Shown here piece by piece: positions 9,020 to 17,805 of a DNA stretch of 25,035 bases. The stretch is from positions 1 through 25,035 of the forward strand of contig JAHQXB010000089.1 in the NCBI GenBank assembly GCA_029856435.1. Reading direction: 5' to 3'. A program made the position numbers and the translations under genes. The DNA comes from Candidatus Jordarchaeia archaeon (GTDB lineage: Archaea; Asgardarchaeota; Jordiarchaeia; Jordiarchaeales; Jordiarchaeaceae). Under the pieces are notes generated by a model. It saw only the letters and a program-made list of their open reading frames with translations. It made no database searches and was not told the DNA's origin. Every line of letters starts with the position of its first letter. The stretch's first letter is position 1.

Positions 9020-9955
9020 TTATTTTATTCCGAATATCTTCTGTGCGCTGCCTCCCAGCATGGCATCTACTTCTTCTTTGGTAAATGTGATTCCCTCTGG
9101 AGCCTTGGTTGGTAGGTCCTTTATCATTTGTATCCATTCACTATCTGGCACTGCGGCTCGCAGGTAGGGGTTGTCTGTTCCCCACAGAACTCTTGCGGCT
9201 GTGAATTCGTCCAAGCATTCGCGTAGCGCGTGGCAGAACCGGGCATAGTTCGTTTTAGCCAGTACCTGCCAGCCTGAGAAGTCCACTGTGAGGTTAGTTT
9301 TGCATGAGCCTAGGTGGTATAACTCGTAGCGCCAGCCGAAGCCCATATGCGCGGCTTGTATCCAGAGGTCTGGGTAGTCTAGGCAAACATCGTCAAGAAA
9401 CATTGGGTTGCAGTACTTAGACCTGAGTGGAGCAACAATCTGCCCGGTGTGGAAGAGAACCGGTTTCTTAAACTCGTTTGCAATGTCCAAAAGTCTATAG
9501 ACTTCTTTGCTGTTGGGGTAAAATCCAGTTGACGAGTGAATCTTTAGCCCACTCATCTTCCACTCCTCAAAACACCGCCTAACAAGTTTATCTGCACCGG
9601 GTCTGCGGGGGTCCACACTACAAAAGGCTAGGAATCTTTTAGGATGTTTCTTTTGAATCTCAGCAAAAATCTGGTTCTGCTCCTCAATAGAAACTTTGGG
9701 ATCGCCCAGAAGAAGACCATAATCCTGTGCACATATCACAGTCATATCAATACCCGCTTTGTCCATCTCAGCAAGGCACTTTTCGCCCGTAGGATCATAG
9801 AAGGTGGGCATTATCTGCTCAACTATCTGTTTTGGTGTCAACTCCATACCCAGCAAGTGTTTCACGGGATCAACAAAAGCCTTAGCTAGGTCGTTCCACC
9901 ACTTTTCAGGATACCAATCCTTATCAACAATATGGCTATGGGCATCAATAATCAA
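9020..9955 (-). CDS. Amidohydrolase family 2 (COG2159-type TIM-barrel hydrolase/decarboxylase)
   Basis: Motifs IIDAHSH, DKAGIDMTV, GLKIH, PVLFHTG, AAHMG and VLWGTDNP. TTG start with GGAGG RBS. Confidence 0.92.
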   Translation of the reverse strand: MIIDAHSHIVDKDWYPEKWWNDLAKAFVDPVKHLLGMELTPKQIVEQIMPTFYDPTGEKCLAEMDKAGIDMTVICAQDYGLLLGDPKVSIEEQNQIFAEIQKKHPKRFLAFCSVDPRRPGADKLVRRCFEEWKMSGLKIHSSTGFYPNSKEVYRLLDIANEFKKPVLFHTGQIVAPLRSKYCNPMFLDDVCLDYPDLWIQAAHMGFGWRYELYHLGSCKTNLTVDFSGWQVLAKTNYARFCHALRECLDEFTAARVLWGTDNPYLRAAVPDSEWIQMIKDLPTKAPEGITFTKEEVDAMLGGSAQKIFGIK

Positions 9956-10002
9956 ATCATGTTCCCTCCAAAACTAATTTAAAATATTTTTATACAGTTT
10001 AA

Positions 10003-10016
10003 TATTTAAGGCTTTA
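10003..10016 (-). promoter_or_regulatory. Putative BRE/TATA of the amidohydrolase-2 gene
   Basis: The minus strand reads gtaaagcCTTAAATA about 50 nt upstream of the start codon. Confidence 0.4.
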
Positions 10017-10434
10017 CTCAAAAAACGCTAAAAAATGGGGAGGTCAGGCTCCAAAGTTATTTTACACACATTTTAATTAATAATGCGGAACCGCTTTTTA
10101 CTACACATATAACTTTTCCCCTTTAAAAAAAGGGGGCCTCGCCTTTAAGTGTGTGGCTTCTCTTTATGCGTAATCGTTTTTTCCTCTCAAAAAAAAGGAG
10201 GCTTTACAGGGCTTCCTTCAAAATAGGCCTAAAAAGGGGTAAGACCGGCTAACCCTGCATACAATTCATGTCAACAAACTACATACTAACAACAAGGTCC
10301 CCGGAAACTGCTAACGACCCCAATAAAATAATTTGTCCCTGTTTTTATCGAGAAATTGTAATATCTGATGTGCATTGAGACCTAAAAAATGGGCTAATTT
10401 CTCCTTTGGAGGAATATCTCTCTTCCGTTTTTCA

Positions 10435-10445
10435 TAAAAATGGGG
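10435..10445 (-). terminator. T-rich archaeal terminator candidate (CCCCATTTTTA) after the Fe-ADH gene
   Basis: It starts 3 nt after the ADH stop. The same motif recurs at 10383-10393 and 10029-10040 (minus strand) and at 21990-21999 (plus strand, after the Fe-S gene stop). Confidence 0.5.
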
Positions 10446-10447
10446 AA

Positions 10448-11602
10448 TTAGAAGTCTATGGTTTTTCCCTCATAGGCATATTGGAAGATTTTCCTAATAT
10501 CCTGCTCACTGGCCATTCTGGGATTTATCATTGTAATTATGTCGTTCTTAGTCCAACCAACTATTTTTTCAAAGTTCTTCTCCCAACTCTCCTGGGATAC
10601 TCCAAGTTCCTTTATGTTTAGGGGGATTTTTAGTTTTTTTAGTATGTCTTTGACCATAGTGGACAGGGTTGCTCCAGGATCTTCTACCCCAGTAATGTTT
10701 AGGCACTCCAATATTTCGATGTACTTATCTCTACACTCGGGTTTGTTGAATTCAATGGCGTATGGTAGCATTACTCCTACGCTGATTCCGTGAGGGATGT
10801 GGAAGGCTCCTCCCAGTGCGTGTCCACAGGAGTGGGCGAGGCCTAGACCCGAATTCCCAAAGCCTATCCCCGCCATCGAGGCAGCATAGTGAACTTTTGC
10901 GCGAACCTGGATGTCGCCTGCCCCCTCTCCCGCAGCCTTCGGTAAATAATGGAAGAGAATTTTAGCAGCATACAGGTTTAGGGCTTGGGTGAAATCACTT
11001 CCCATTTTACTACTAGCCCCCTCAATTGCCTGCGTTAGAGCATCAAGCCCAGTTGCAGCAGTAAGCTTTTGCGGCATTTTCAAAGTCAAAGTGGGATCCA
11101 GAATTACCGCCCAAGGAATCAACTCAAATGAAGCCAGGGACATCTTCTGACCTGTTTCTGTGTTGGTGACCACCAGTCCCGGCGTATGTTCAGAACCAGT
11201 CCCGCTGGTAGTTGGTATAAGAACCAGTTTAGATTTTTCCCTCAAATTGTACTCGACCAACACATTCATATCATATAATCTCAGGGACTCCTGCCCGTAA
11301 AGGAAGTAAGCCGCTTTGGCAGTATCCATTGCTGAGCCGCCTCCCACTCCAACGATAAGCTCCGGCTTAAATTTACGAGCAACATCGCCACACTTAACCA
11401 TAATGGTGTCCTTGGGATCGGGTTCCACCTCATCAAAAATTTTGGTCTCCCTTCCACTGAAAATATCTGAAAGTTTGTCGCCAACCATTTGGAGAACCGT
11501 CTTGTCAGATACAATCAAAACTCTTCTCTCTTTAAAATTCCTCAATTGCTCAAGAGAACCAATCCCCTGATAAATAAAGGGTATCCTAATAGGTAATGAC
11601 AT
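10448..11602 (-). CDS. Iron-containing alcohol dehydrogenase (group III ADH)
   Basis: Motifs GGGSAMD, IPTTSGTGSE, ILDP, DALTQAIE, GLAHSCGH and HIPHG. The start is moved to ATG 11602 because of RBS GGAGGGAG. Confidence 0.95.
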   Translation of the reverse strand: MSLPIRIPFIYQGIGSLEQLRNFKERRVLIVSDKTVLQMVGDKLSDIFSGRETKIFDEVEPDPKDTIMVKCGDVARKFKPELIVGVGGGSAMDTAKAAYFLYGQESLRLYDMNVLVEYNLREKSKLVLIPTTSGTGSEHTPGLVVTNTETGQKMSLASFELIPWAVILDPTLTLKMPQKLTAATGLDALTQAIEGASSKMGSDFTQALNLYAAKILFHYLPKAAGEGAGDIQVRAKVHYAASMAGIGFGNSGLGLAHSCGHALGGAFHIPHGISVGVMLPYAIEFNKPECRDKYIEILECLNITGVEDPGATLSTMVKDILKKLKIPLNIKELGVSQESWEKNFEKIVGWTKNDIITMINPRMASEQDIRKIFQYAYEGKTIDF

Positions 11603-11797
11603 AATTCTCCCTCCATTAACTCCTAATTTTTGGTATACTTCTAATTTAGTATTTCGCATATTAAAAAATTAGCGTTACAATCTTACCACTAATTCAACCA
11701 AATTAACTTGAATTGTGGCTTCCAAACCATATTGTAACTAAATTTTATTCACTAAAATACAAGAAAAAGTGTGAGAAGCAACAAATTGAGTTTCTAG

Positions 11798-11945
11798 CTA
11801 TGCATTACCCACATTATGGGCAATTTTTCTCCCCCGGATTTTATATGTGCGTTGATACATTTATTTGCAGGAACAGGAAACTATGCATTTCCCACACAAA
11901 ATGAGAGAAAAACAATTACCCTTTACCACCTATTGGGTAATACAT
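11798..11945. promoter_or_regulatory. Three copies of motif ATGYATTWCCCA upstream of the ADH gene (candidate operators)
   Basis: ctatgcattacccaca (11798-11813) and ctatgcatttcccaca (11881-11896) match at 15/16. An inverted copy, tgggtaatacat, lies at 11934-11945. Confidence 0.4.
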
Positions 11946-12171
11946 GAGTTTCTAGGGGGTGTGAAGCTTTCCAAAAAAATTTGTAGCCACTACTGGATAA
12001 AAAGAAGCGTATTTACAAAGAACTTACCTTATTGCCGCACAAAAAATAAAAAATTCTGGAAGAGAATTGAGATTAACTACACAGGAGAAAATGGAACTTT
12101 AATGAAGATTCTCTTTCTTTCCTGTTTTCGAACTTTGAAGGCGGGCTTCCTCATGATAAGGGGTGGATAAT

Positions 12172-13887
12172 TTAGAATTTTGGTTTCAGAATTGCACCTT
12201 TATCTGCCGAGGTTACAAACTGAGAGTACCACGCTAAAAGTCCTTTTTTGTATTTTGGTTCTGGTGGCTTCCACCGTATGAGTCTTTTCTTTATCTCCTC
12301 CTCTGACAGGTCTACTCTGATAGTTTTGTTGGGAATGTCGATTTCTATTATGTCTCCGTCCTTTACTATTGATAATGGTCCTCCGTCAGCAGCTTCTGGA
12401 GAAACATGTCCTACACAGAGTCCATAGGTGCTTCCACTGTAGCGGCCATCAGTTACAAGGGCGCAGGACTCCCCTAATCCTAAGAGTTGTATTATGTGTC
12501 CCGGCACCGCCATTTCTCTCATGCCCGGCCCTCCCTTGGGCCCCTCATATCTGATTATTACGCATTCTCCGGGTTTCACTTTTCCTTGGAACAGGTTTTG
12601 GATCGCCTCCTCCTCATATTCAAATATTTTCGCAGGTCCTCTATACTTGAACATGTTTGGTGGTGTGCCTGCCTTTTTGACTATTGCCCCGTCTGGCGCC
12701 AGGTTTCCCTTTAATACCACGAGTCCTCCGTCTGGGCTGAATGGTTTGTCCATGGGTCTAATAATTTCTTCATCCTTGATTTCGACATCCATTAGAATTT
12801 CTCTAAGTGCTTTTCCAGACACATTTATGACGTCCAGGTGCAATAGGCTGCTTATGCTTTTCATTACTGCGGGTATCCCACCAGCTTCATCTAGGGCCTG
12901 TATTGCCCGCGGTCCATTGGGTTTAAGGGCCACGATTTGAGGTGTGGTTTCACTTAGCCTGTCGAAAAGATCCAATTCTATTTTGATGTCAAGCTCGTGG
13001 GCTATGGCTGGAAGGTGCAAGTAGCCATTCGTTGAGCCTCCGATTGCCAGGAGAACCCTGATGGCGTTTTCAAAAGCTTCTTTCGTCATTATTTTGGAGG
13101 GCGTCACATTATTTTCAACCAAGTATTTTAGTGCTTCACCCGTTTTTTTAGCATAGTCCAGCTTCTCCTTGCTCAGGGCAGGTAACAGTCCGGAGTAGGG
13201 TAGAGCCATTCCCAAGGCTTCACACATGCACTGCATGGTTACTGCTGTACCCAACATGGGACAGGCTCCAGGCCCAGTGACTATTCCATGGAGGGCTTTT
13301 TGAAACTCTTCCTCTGAAATTTCCCCCCTCTGCCATGCGAAGTAGAATTTTCCAATCTCGTAGTGGGCAAACTCCTCTGTCTCATCAAATATTTTACCGG
13401 GAAAACAGTATGGAGGATGGTAGCCCCCAGTAATTATGGCTGTGGGAATGTTTATTCTTGCTGCAGCCATAAGTATTCCGGGAACAATTTTGTCGCATGT
13501 TCCAATCATCACCATCCCATCAAACCGGTTCACTTTGGCCATAATCTCAATGGAGGCAGCAATGATTTCCCTAGTGGGCAGAATGAACCTCATGCCTTCA
13601 TGCCCCTGTGCTATTCCGTCGCAGGGACCAATGGTGCTGAACTCAAAGGGCGTCATACCTGCACTTCTGATTCCTTCCCTCACCTTCTCCGCAATCTTGT
13701 TGAGATGAACTTGACCCGGATTTAGTTCGTTCCAAGTGTTTGCAATGCCTATTCTAGGCCTTTTCAAATCTTCTTCAGTATACCCCATACCGTATAGTAG
13801 GGGAGGGATAACCACATTTTCCAACTGATCCTTAACAAATTGGGGAACTTCTGCCTTTTTCGTAAGCTCCTCGGGTAGCTTGGACAC
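12172..13887 (-). CDS. ilvD: Dihydroxy-acid dehydratase (IlvD/Edd family), divergent member
   Basis: Motifs PCDGIAQGH, GTCDKIVPG, GACPMLGTAVTM, AIGGSTN, GNLAPDGAIVK, YEGPKGGPGMREM, TDGRYSG and VGHVSPEAADGG. GTG start with GGGGGT RBS. The family call is firm; true IlvD substrate specificity is not. Confidence 0.88.
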   Translation of the reverse strand: MSKLPEELTKKAEVPQFVKDQLENVVIPPLLYGMGYTEEDLKRPRIGIANTWNELNPGQVHLNKIAEKVREGIRSAGMTPFEFSTIGPCDGIAQGHEGMRFILPTREIIAASIEIMAKVNRFDGMVMIGTCDKIVPGILMAAARINIPTAIITGGYHPPYCFPGKIFDETEEFAHYEIGKFYFAWQRGEISEEEFQKALHGIVTGPGACPMLGTAVTMQCMCEALGMALPYSGLLPALSKEKLDYAKKTGEALKYLVENNVTPSKIMTKEAFENAIRVLLAIGGSTNGYLHLPAIAHELDIKIELDLFDRLSETTPQIVALKPNGPRAIQALDEAGGIPAVMKSISSLLHLDVINVSGKALREILMDVEIKDEEIIRPMDKPFSPDGGLVVLKGNLAPDGAIVKKAGTPPNMFKYRGPAKIFEYEEEAIQNLFQGKVKPGECVIIRYEGPKGGPGMREMAVPGHIIQLLGLGESCALVTDGRYSGSTYGLCVGHVSPEAADGGPLSIVKDGDIIEIDIPNKTIRVDLSEEEIKKRLIRWKPPEPKYKKGLLAWYSQFVTSADKGAILKPKF

Positions 13888-14129
13888 AAGTTAACCCCCT
13901 AAATACTTTTACCAATTAGAATGTTTAATCACTTATAATAGATTTTCCTCTCTCCCCGCAAGTGTGAATTCACCATTTTTCGCCCCAAATTTTTCTGCTT
14001 CAAAATTGGGAAAAAGCCCTTTAGGTGTCTTTTTTGGGCGTCGAAATCAAATTTATAACTGTATATTTGTCCTTTTACGAAAGGATAAAATAGGTGATAC
14101 TTTACTTTTATCTAAAGTTTTTAGGCTAG

Positions 14130-14921
14130 GTGATGTTTTTGAAGGCGGAACCGGATTTGAAAAAGTGGATTGACATTAAACCCTGGTACTATGAAAAATT
14201 AGCTAGTAACGTCATTGAGAATTTGAGAAAAAACAATATGGATGGTATCTACATTTCTTCGGCCAGAGAGGCTAGGAAAAAAATCTTCGAGATGGTTGAA
14301 AGAGAGGTTCCCGAAGGAGGCATCATCTCTTGGGGAGGTTCGGTTACTCTCATTAATCTGGGTATCCTCTTCGATTTACAGAAGGCAGGGAGATGGACTT
14401 GCATAAATCCATTCGAAGATATCGTCACACCCGAAGAAATTCACGTGGCAAGACACTGGATGTTAACAGAGGGGGCCCTTGAAAAAACCATTAAAAAGTG
14501 GCGTGCGGCGCTCAACGCAGACCTCTATCTGACCAGCACCAATGCAATCACCCTAAAGGGAACACTGGTTAACAGTGATGGATACGGCAACAGAATAGCC
14601 GCAATGATGTTCGGCCCCAAAAAGGTTTACGTTGTTGCGGGATGCAACAAAATAGTTAGAGACCTAGACGACGCCTTTGCTAGAGTGAGAAACGTGGTAG
14701 CCCCACAGCTTGTGAGAATGATGGGAGGTGAACCCAAGAGTAAGGATGAGGAACAATGGTATCCCCCCTGCTCACGCTTGGGAAGATGTGGAGGCGAGCC
14801 AAAACTTCTCAAAAACTGCGGACACAAAAATAGGGCATGCGGCATGACCGCCATAATAGATCAACCCCACATACCAAACCGCATATTTGTGATACTAATC
14901 GGAGAAGACCTAGGATTCTAA
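14130..14921 (+). CDS. LUD-domain (lactate utilization-type) protein
   Basis: Motifs SWGGSVTL, ADLYLTSTNAIT..G.LVNSDGYGNRIAAM.FGPKKVYVVAG.NKIV, plus a C-terminal PC..LGRC/C....RAC Cys cluster. Confidence 0.88.
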   Translation: MMFLKAEPDLKKWIDIKPWYYEKLASNVIENLRKNNMDGIYISSAREARKKIFEMVEREVPEGGIISWGGSVTLINLGILFDLQKAGRWTCINPFEDIVTPEEIHVARHWMLTEGALEKTIKKWRAALNADLYLTSTNAITLKGTLVNSDGYGNRIAAMMFGPKKVYVVAGCNKIVRDLDDAFARVRNVVAPQLVRMMGGEPKSKDEEQWYPPCSRLGRCGGEPKLLKNCGHKNRACGMTAIIDQPHIPNRIFVILIGEDLGF

Positions 14922-15044
14922 ATTCTACCGAAAAGAATACTGCAAACTTCTCATCCTTTTACTCTCGACGATGCTTTCTGAGTTTCATTCGGTTTACAGT
15001 GGATACCCATTATTTTTTTAAGTTTTTCCAGTTTTGTTTTTCTT

Positions 15045-15329
15045 ATGAAGAAAGGGTCTTTTGAGAAGGTTTTGAATAGAGCGGTTAGGGAGTACAATAA
15101 GTACCGTTCACCAGAGGCTAATGCTAGGATTGTCTCAGCTAGCAAGGAATCATTTAAGATAGAATTTACAGGGCCCTACTGTCGGACTTGTGGTTTCTAC
15201 GATTACTTTGAAGATTTGATCTATGTGCTTAAGGATTTTGGAGTTGAGAGCAGAATAGATGAGGTTGAAGAAACAGATTTTGGTGCAATTGTTTCTTTTT
15301 CAATAACTGAAAAACGGGAATCAGAGTAA
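15045..15329 (+). CDS. Conserved archaeal small protein with a CxxC motif (GPYCRTCGFYDY.ED)
   Basis: A clean 94 aa ORF. The YNKYRSPEA and CRTCG.YDYFED pattern is recognised as a conserved archaeal hypothetical. Confidence 0.75.
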   Translation: MKKGSFEKVLNRAVREYNKYRSPEANARIVSASKESFKIEFTGPYCRTCGFYDYFEDLIYVLKDFGVESRIDEVEETDFGAIVSFSITEKRESE

Positions 15330-15491
15330 TACTGTAAACCTTAAATGTTTGGAACCTTTTGTCCCCAATGCTCCTTAAGGGCTAAGTTTTATTTTTCTAT
15401 TTCCTTACCATCTTGATGAATTTTTTGCAATTTTACATTGTTAATTTGAAAAATTTTCAGAAAAACAACCAATTTTTTGAAAAAGTTAAAA

Positions 15492-16154
15492 TTATCCAAC
15501 AGAGCCCTTAAGTAGGCTGATTATGTTTTTAGCTCTGACAACTGCTCTAACCTGGTGCCATTCATGTTTCTCTTGGCTCTGCTGCTTTTCCAGAAAACTT
15601 TTGGCTTCGCTATAAATTAATGCCAACTGTCGACTTTTTGATTCCCTGTTGGGCTTTTCTCCCTGTAGTTTTTGTCCACCTTCCCAGAAGCCCTCAGCAA
15701 AATACCAGTCTTTAAACCAGGTGAACCCCAACATAAATAGTTTGTAACCTAATCGACTCACTGGTGGCGGTAACCCAGCTCCCAGCTGCTTGCGGGTTTC
15801 TTCATCTTCATAGTACTCTACAAAAATACTTTCCCCCTCACCAAGGGCTTGGGAGAAAACCGTCAACAGTTCATCCTCAATGGGTGAATCAAAAAACTCT
15901 AATGTCTCACCGCCCAAAACTATGGGAGTTCTAATATTGAAGAATTCTACCCAAGGAGTGTGGTAAGGTGGCCTACCATAAAATACCTTGACATCTAGGA
16001 GCCGGCTCTCCGATCCGCCCTTATTTACATATATTTCCAAATTTCCTTCTTCCCTAAACCGGCCTCTTGTAACCCTTTTACAGTAAACTTGCAAACCTTC
16101 TACTCTAAGGCCTCCAAGCATTTTCTGGACAACATTTTCCAACATTTTAAACAA
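15492..16154 (-). CDS. DUF1122 family protein
   Basis: Signature WFKDWYFAEG..EGGQKLQGEK, preceded by FYGRPPYHTPWVE and IFVEYYEDEET. The start could be ATG 16145. Confidence 0.88.
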   Translation of the reverse strand: MFKMLENVVQKMLGGLRVEGLQVYCKRVTRGRFREEGNLEIYVNKGGSESRLLDVKVFYGRPPYHTPWVEFFNIRTPIVLGGETLEFFDSPIEDELLTVFSQALGEGESIFVEYYEDEETRKQLGAGLPPPVSRLGYKLFMLGFTWFKDWYFAEGFWEGGQKLQGEKPNRESKSRQLALIYSEAKSFLEKQQSQEKHEWHQVRAVVRAKNIISLLKGSVG

Positions 16155-16284
16155 CCATGCATCCTAAGTCGCCCATAAAAACAGTTGCCGTCCGACATTT
16201 TTCATATATTTAAAGGTTGTAACCCAAAAGTTGTTACCACTGGTTTAAAAGCTGAACTAAAAATTGTGTGACTCAGAAAATTTT

Positions 16285-16878
16285 TTAGGTCTGCTCGGGT
16301 TTGAAGTGTTTTTTGAAAACTTCGTATATGTCTTCGGGTTTTTCCAGTACATGTACGCCATCCATTTTAGATAGCTTCTTTACGTGTTCCACGTCTTCTG
16401 GTCTTATTCTTAATCGTAGATCCCTTCCATCGGGGAGTTTTGTTATTACGGTTCCCACCTCGTAGTCGGAGGGCATTATGTATAGTGGAACATAGGCCTT
16501 TAAGCCCATTACGGCAGCATTGGAGAGTAGGCTGTCTGCTAGTCCCATGGCAATCTTAGCCACAGTGTTTGACGTTGCAGGGGCGATCAGTAAGAATTCA
16601 AATTTTCCCGATTGCAGTTGACCCGCAAGAAAGGGCGCATTGGCATTAATTTCCACCCACACCTTATCGAAAACCTCAAGTATATCGTGGCTCAGCTTAT
16701 AATACTTTAAAACTTGGTCACCTGCCTTGGAGACATAGACCCGAATATCCACTACGTCCTCAAAATCTTCATTGACTTTCTTCATAACTTCAAATGTTTC
16801 CCGCAGCCGATCTCCGCTGCCCGTGATTCCCCAAGCCACCTTTCTCAGCTTCTTTTTCTCTTCCTTTTTCTCAACCAT
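16285..16878 (-). CDS. afpA: Archaeoflavoprotein AfpA (HFCD flavoprotein family)
   Basis: Motifs VAWGITGSGD, SKAGDQVLKYY, NANAPFLAGQLQ.GKF.FLLIAPATSNTVAKIA.GLADSL.SNA and PSDY. Confidence 0.88.
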   Translation of the reverse strand: MVEKKEEKKKLRKVAWGITGSGDRLRETFEVMKKVNEDFEDVVDIRVYVSKAGDQVLKYYKLSHDILEVFDKVWVEINANAPFLAGQLQSGKFEFLLIAPATSNTVAKIAMGLADSLLSNAAVMGLKAYVPLYIMPSDYEVGTVITKLPDGRDLRLRIRPEDVEHVKKLSKMDGVHVLEKPEDIYEVFKKHFKPEQT

Positions 16879-16906
16879 AATTTAATCCTCCAAAATCTTT
16901 ACTATA

Positions 16907-17500
16907 CTATTTCTCTTTATTCTCTATTTTTTCTAATAACTTGGCAAATTTTTTAACGGTCTTTTCCAGACTTCTGAATCCTTCTTCGTCTTCTTTAACT
17001 CCCTCCAGAGTATCCTTAGACCAAAATGTGGCTCCCAAATTTGCTCCAAAGGAGCCTCCGCTAACTGGTATAACTCCATTCAACACATAGAAAGTTATGA
17101 TTTGTTGTATTGCCAGTTCCTGTCCCCCCATCCGGTCACCACCAACCGCAATCGCCATACCCACCTTGTACTGTAAAGCATTGCGGTCTGCTGCAAGCAG
17201 AGCTCTACACCTGTCCATGACTGCTTTAATCTGAGCGCTGAGTGCACCATTATAGACGGGGGTGGCCATTATTAATCCTTTGGCATTTTTGATGAGGGGG
17301 TAAAGTTCAAACATATCATCTTTAAGTCTGCACTCCTTATTTTTCAGGCAGTAATCACAATGCTGACAGGGTGCAATGTTTTTACTCCTGACACTAAAAA
17401 ACTCTGTTTCAAACCCCTTCTCCTTCAGCATCCTCAAAGCTTCCCTCAAAACATACTCCGTTGCCATTTTCCTTGGACTTCCGCAAATGCCAAGTATCAT
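16907..17500 (-). CDS. Iron-sulfur flavoprotein (Isf)/flavodoxin-like NAD(P)H-dependent FMN reductase family
   Basis: Motifs ILGICGSPRK, the compact CQHCDYCLKNKEC (CX2CX2CX5C), ATPVYNG and GGQE. The real start is ATG 17500; the ORF-track extension to 17584 is likely spurious. Confidence 0.92.
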   Translation of the reverse strand: MILGICGSPRKMATEYVLREALRMLKEKGFETEFFSVRSKNIAPCQHCDYCLKNKECRLKDDMFELYPLIKNAKGLIMATPVYNGALSAQIKAVMDRCRALLAADRNALQYKVGMAIAVGGDRMGGQELAIQQIITFYVLNGVIPVSGGSFGANLGATFWSKDTLEGVKEDEEGFRSLEKTVKKFAKLLEKIENKEK

Positions 17501-17805
17501 TTCCACTTCCCAAAATCCTATAATCCCCCAAGACTTATTAACATTCTCACAAGAGTACCAGCAGAAACTTAAAAAAAGGAGCATTTATATGACTCCTCCT
17601 CCAATTTAGAACCCAAAAAAGGAAAGCGGAATAACCGCATCGGAGTCAGCACTAGAAAAATTTGAATGATTTAAATCTTCAAATTGTCCCTAATAATTCG
17701 TTTGTAATACAAGAAGGTGGTGGTTAGAGAAACTATTTCCGATGCGCGGAATTCCAACCTGTGGTTTAGAGACCCAATAGTGGGTTTCTTTAACCCTAAA
17801 ACTTG

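Noticed and set aside
9953-9960. ATG-ATT-TGA mini-ORF overlapping the TTG start of the amidohydrolase-2 gene
   Set aside because: A two-codon ORF is easily produced by chance and there is no evidence of a regulatory role.
11713-12170. ORFs 11713-11904 and 11865-12170
   Set aside because: They lie in an AT-rich intergenic region between two minus-strand genes, with no RBS and no motifs; likely chance ORFs.
16212-16238. Short tandem AAAGGTTGTAACC / AAAGTTGTTACC upstream of the DUF1122 gene
   Set aside because: Only about 12 bp, imperfect, and not seen elsewhere in the window, so it cannot be distinguished from chance.
16285-17500. Isf-AfpA adjacency as a novel system
   Set aside because: As I recall, both are characterised archaeal flavoprotein families and their pairing is already described, so this is expected rather than new.
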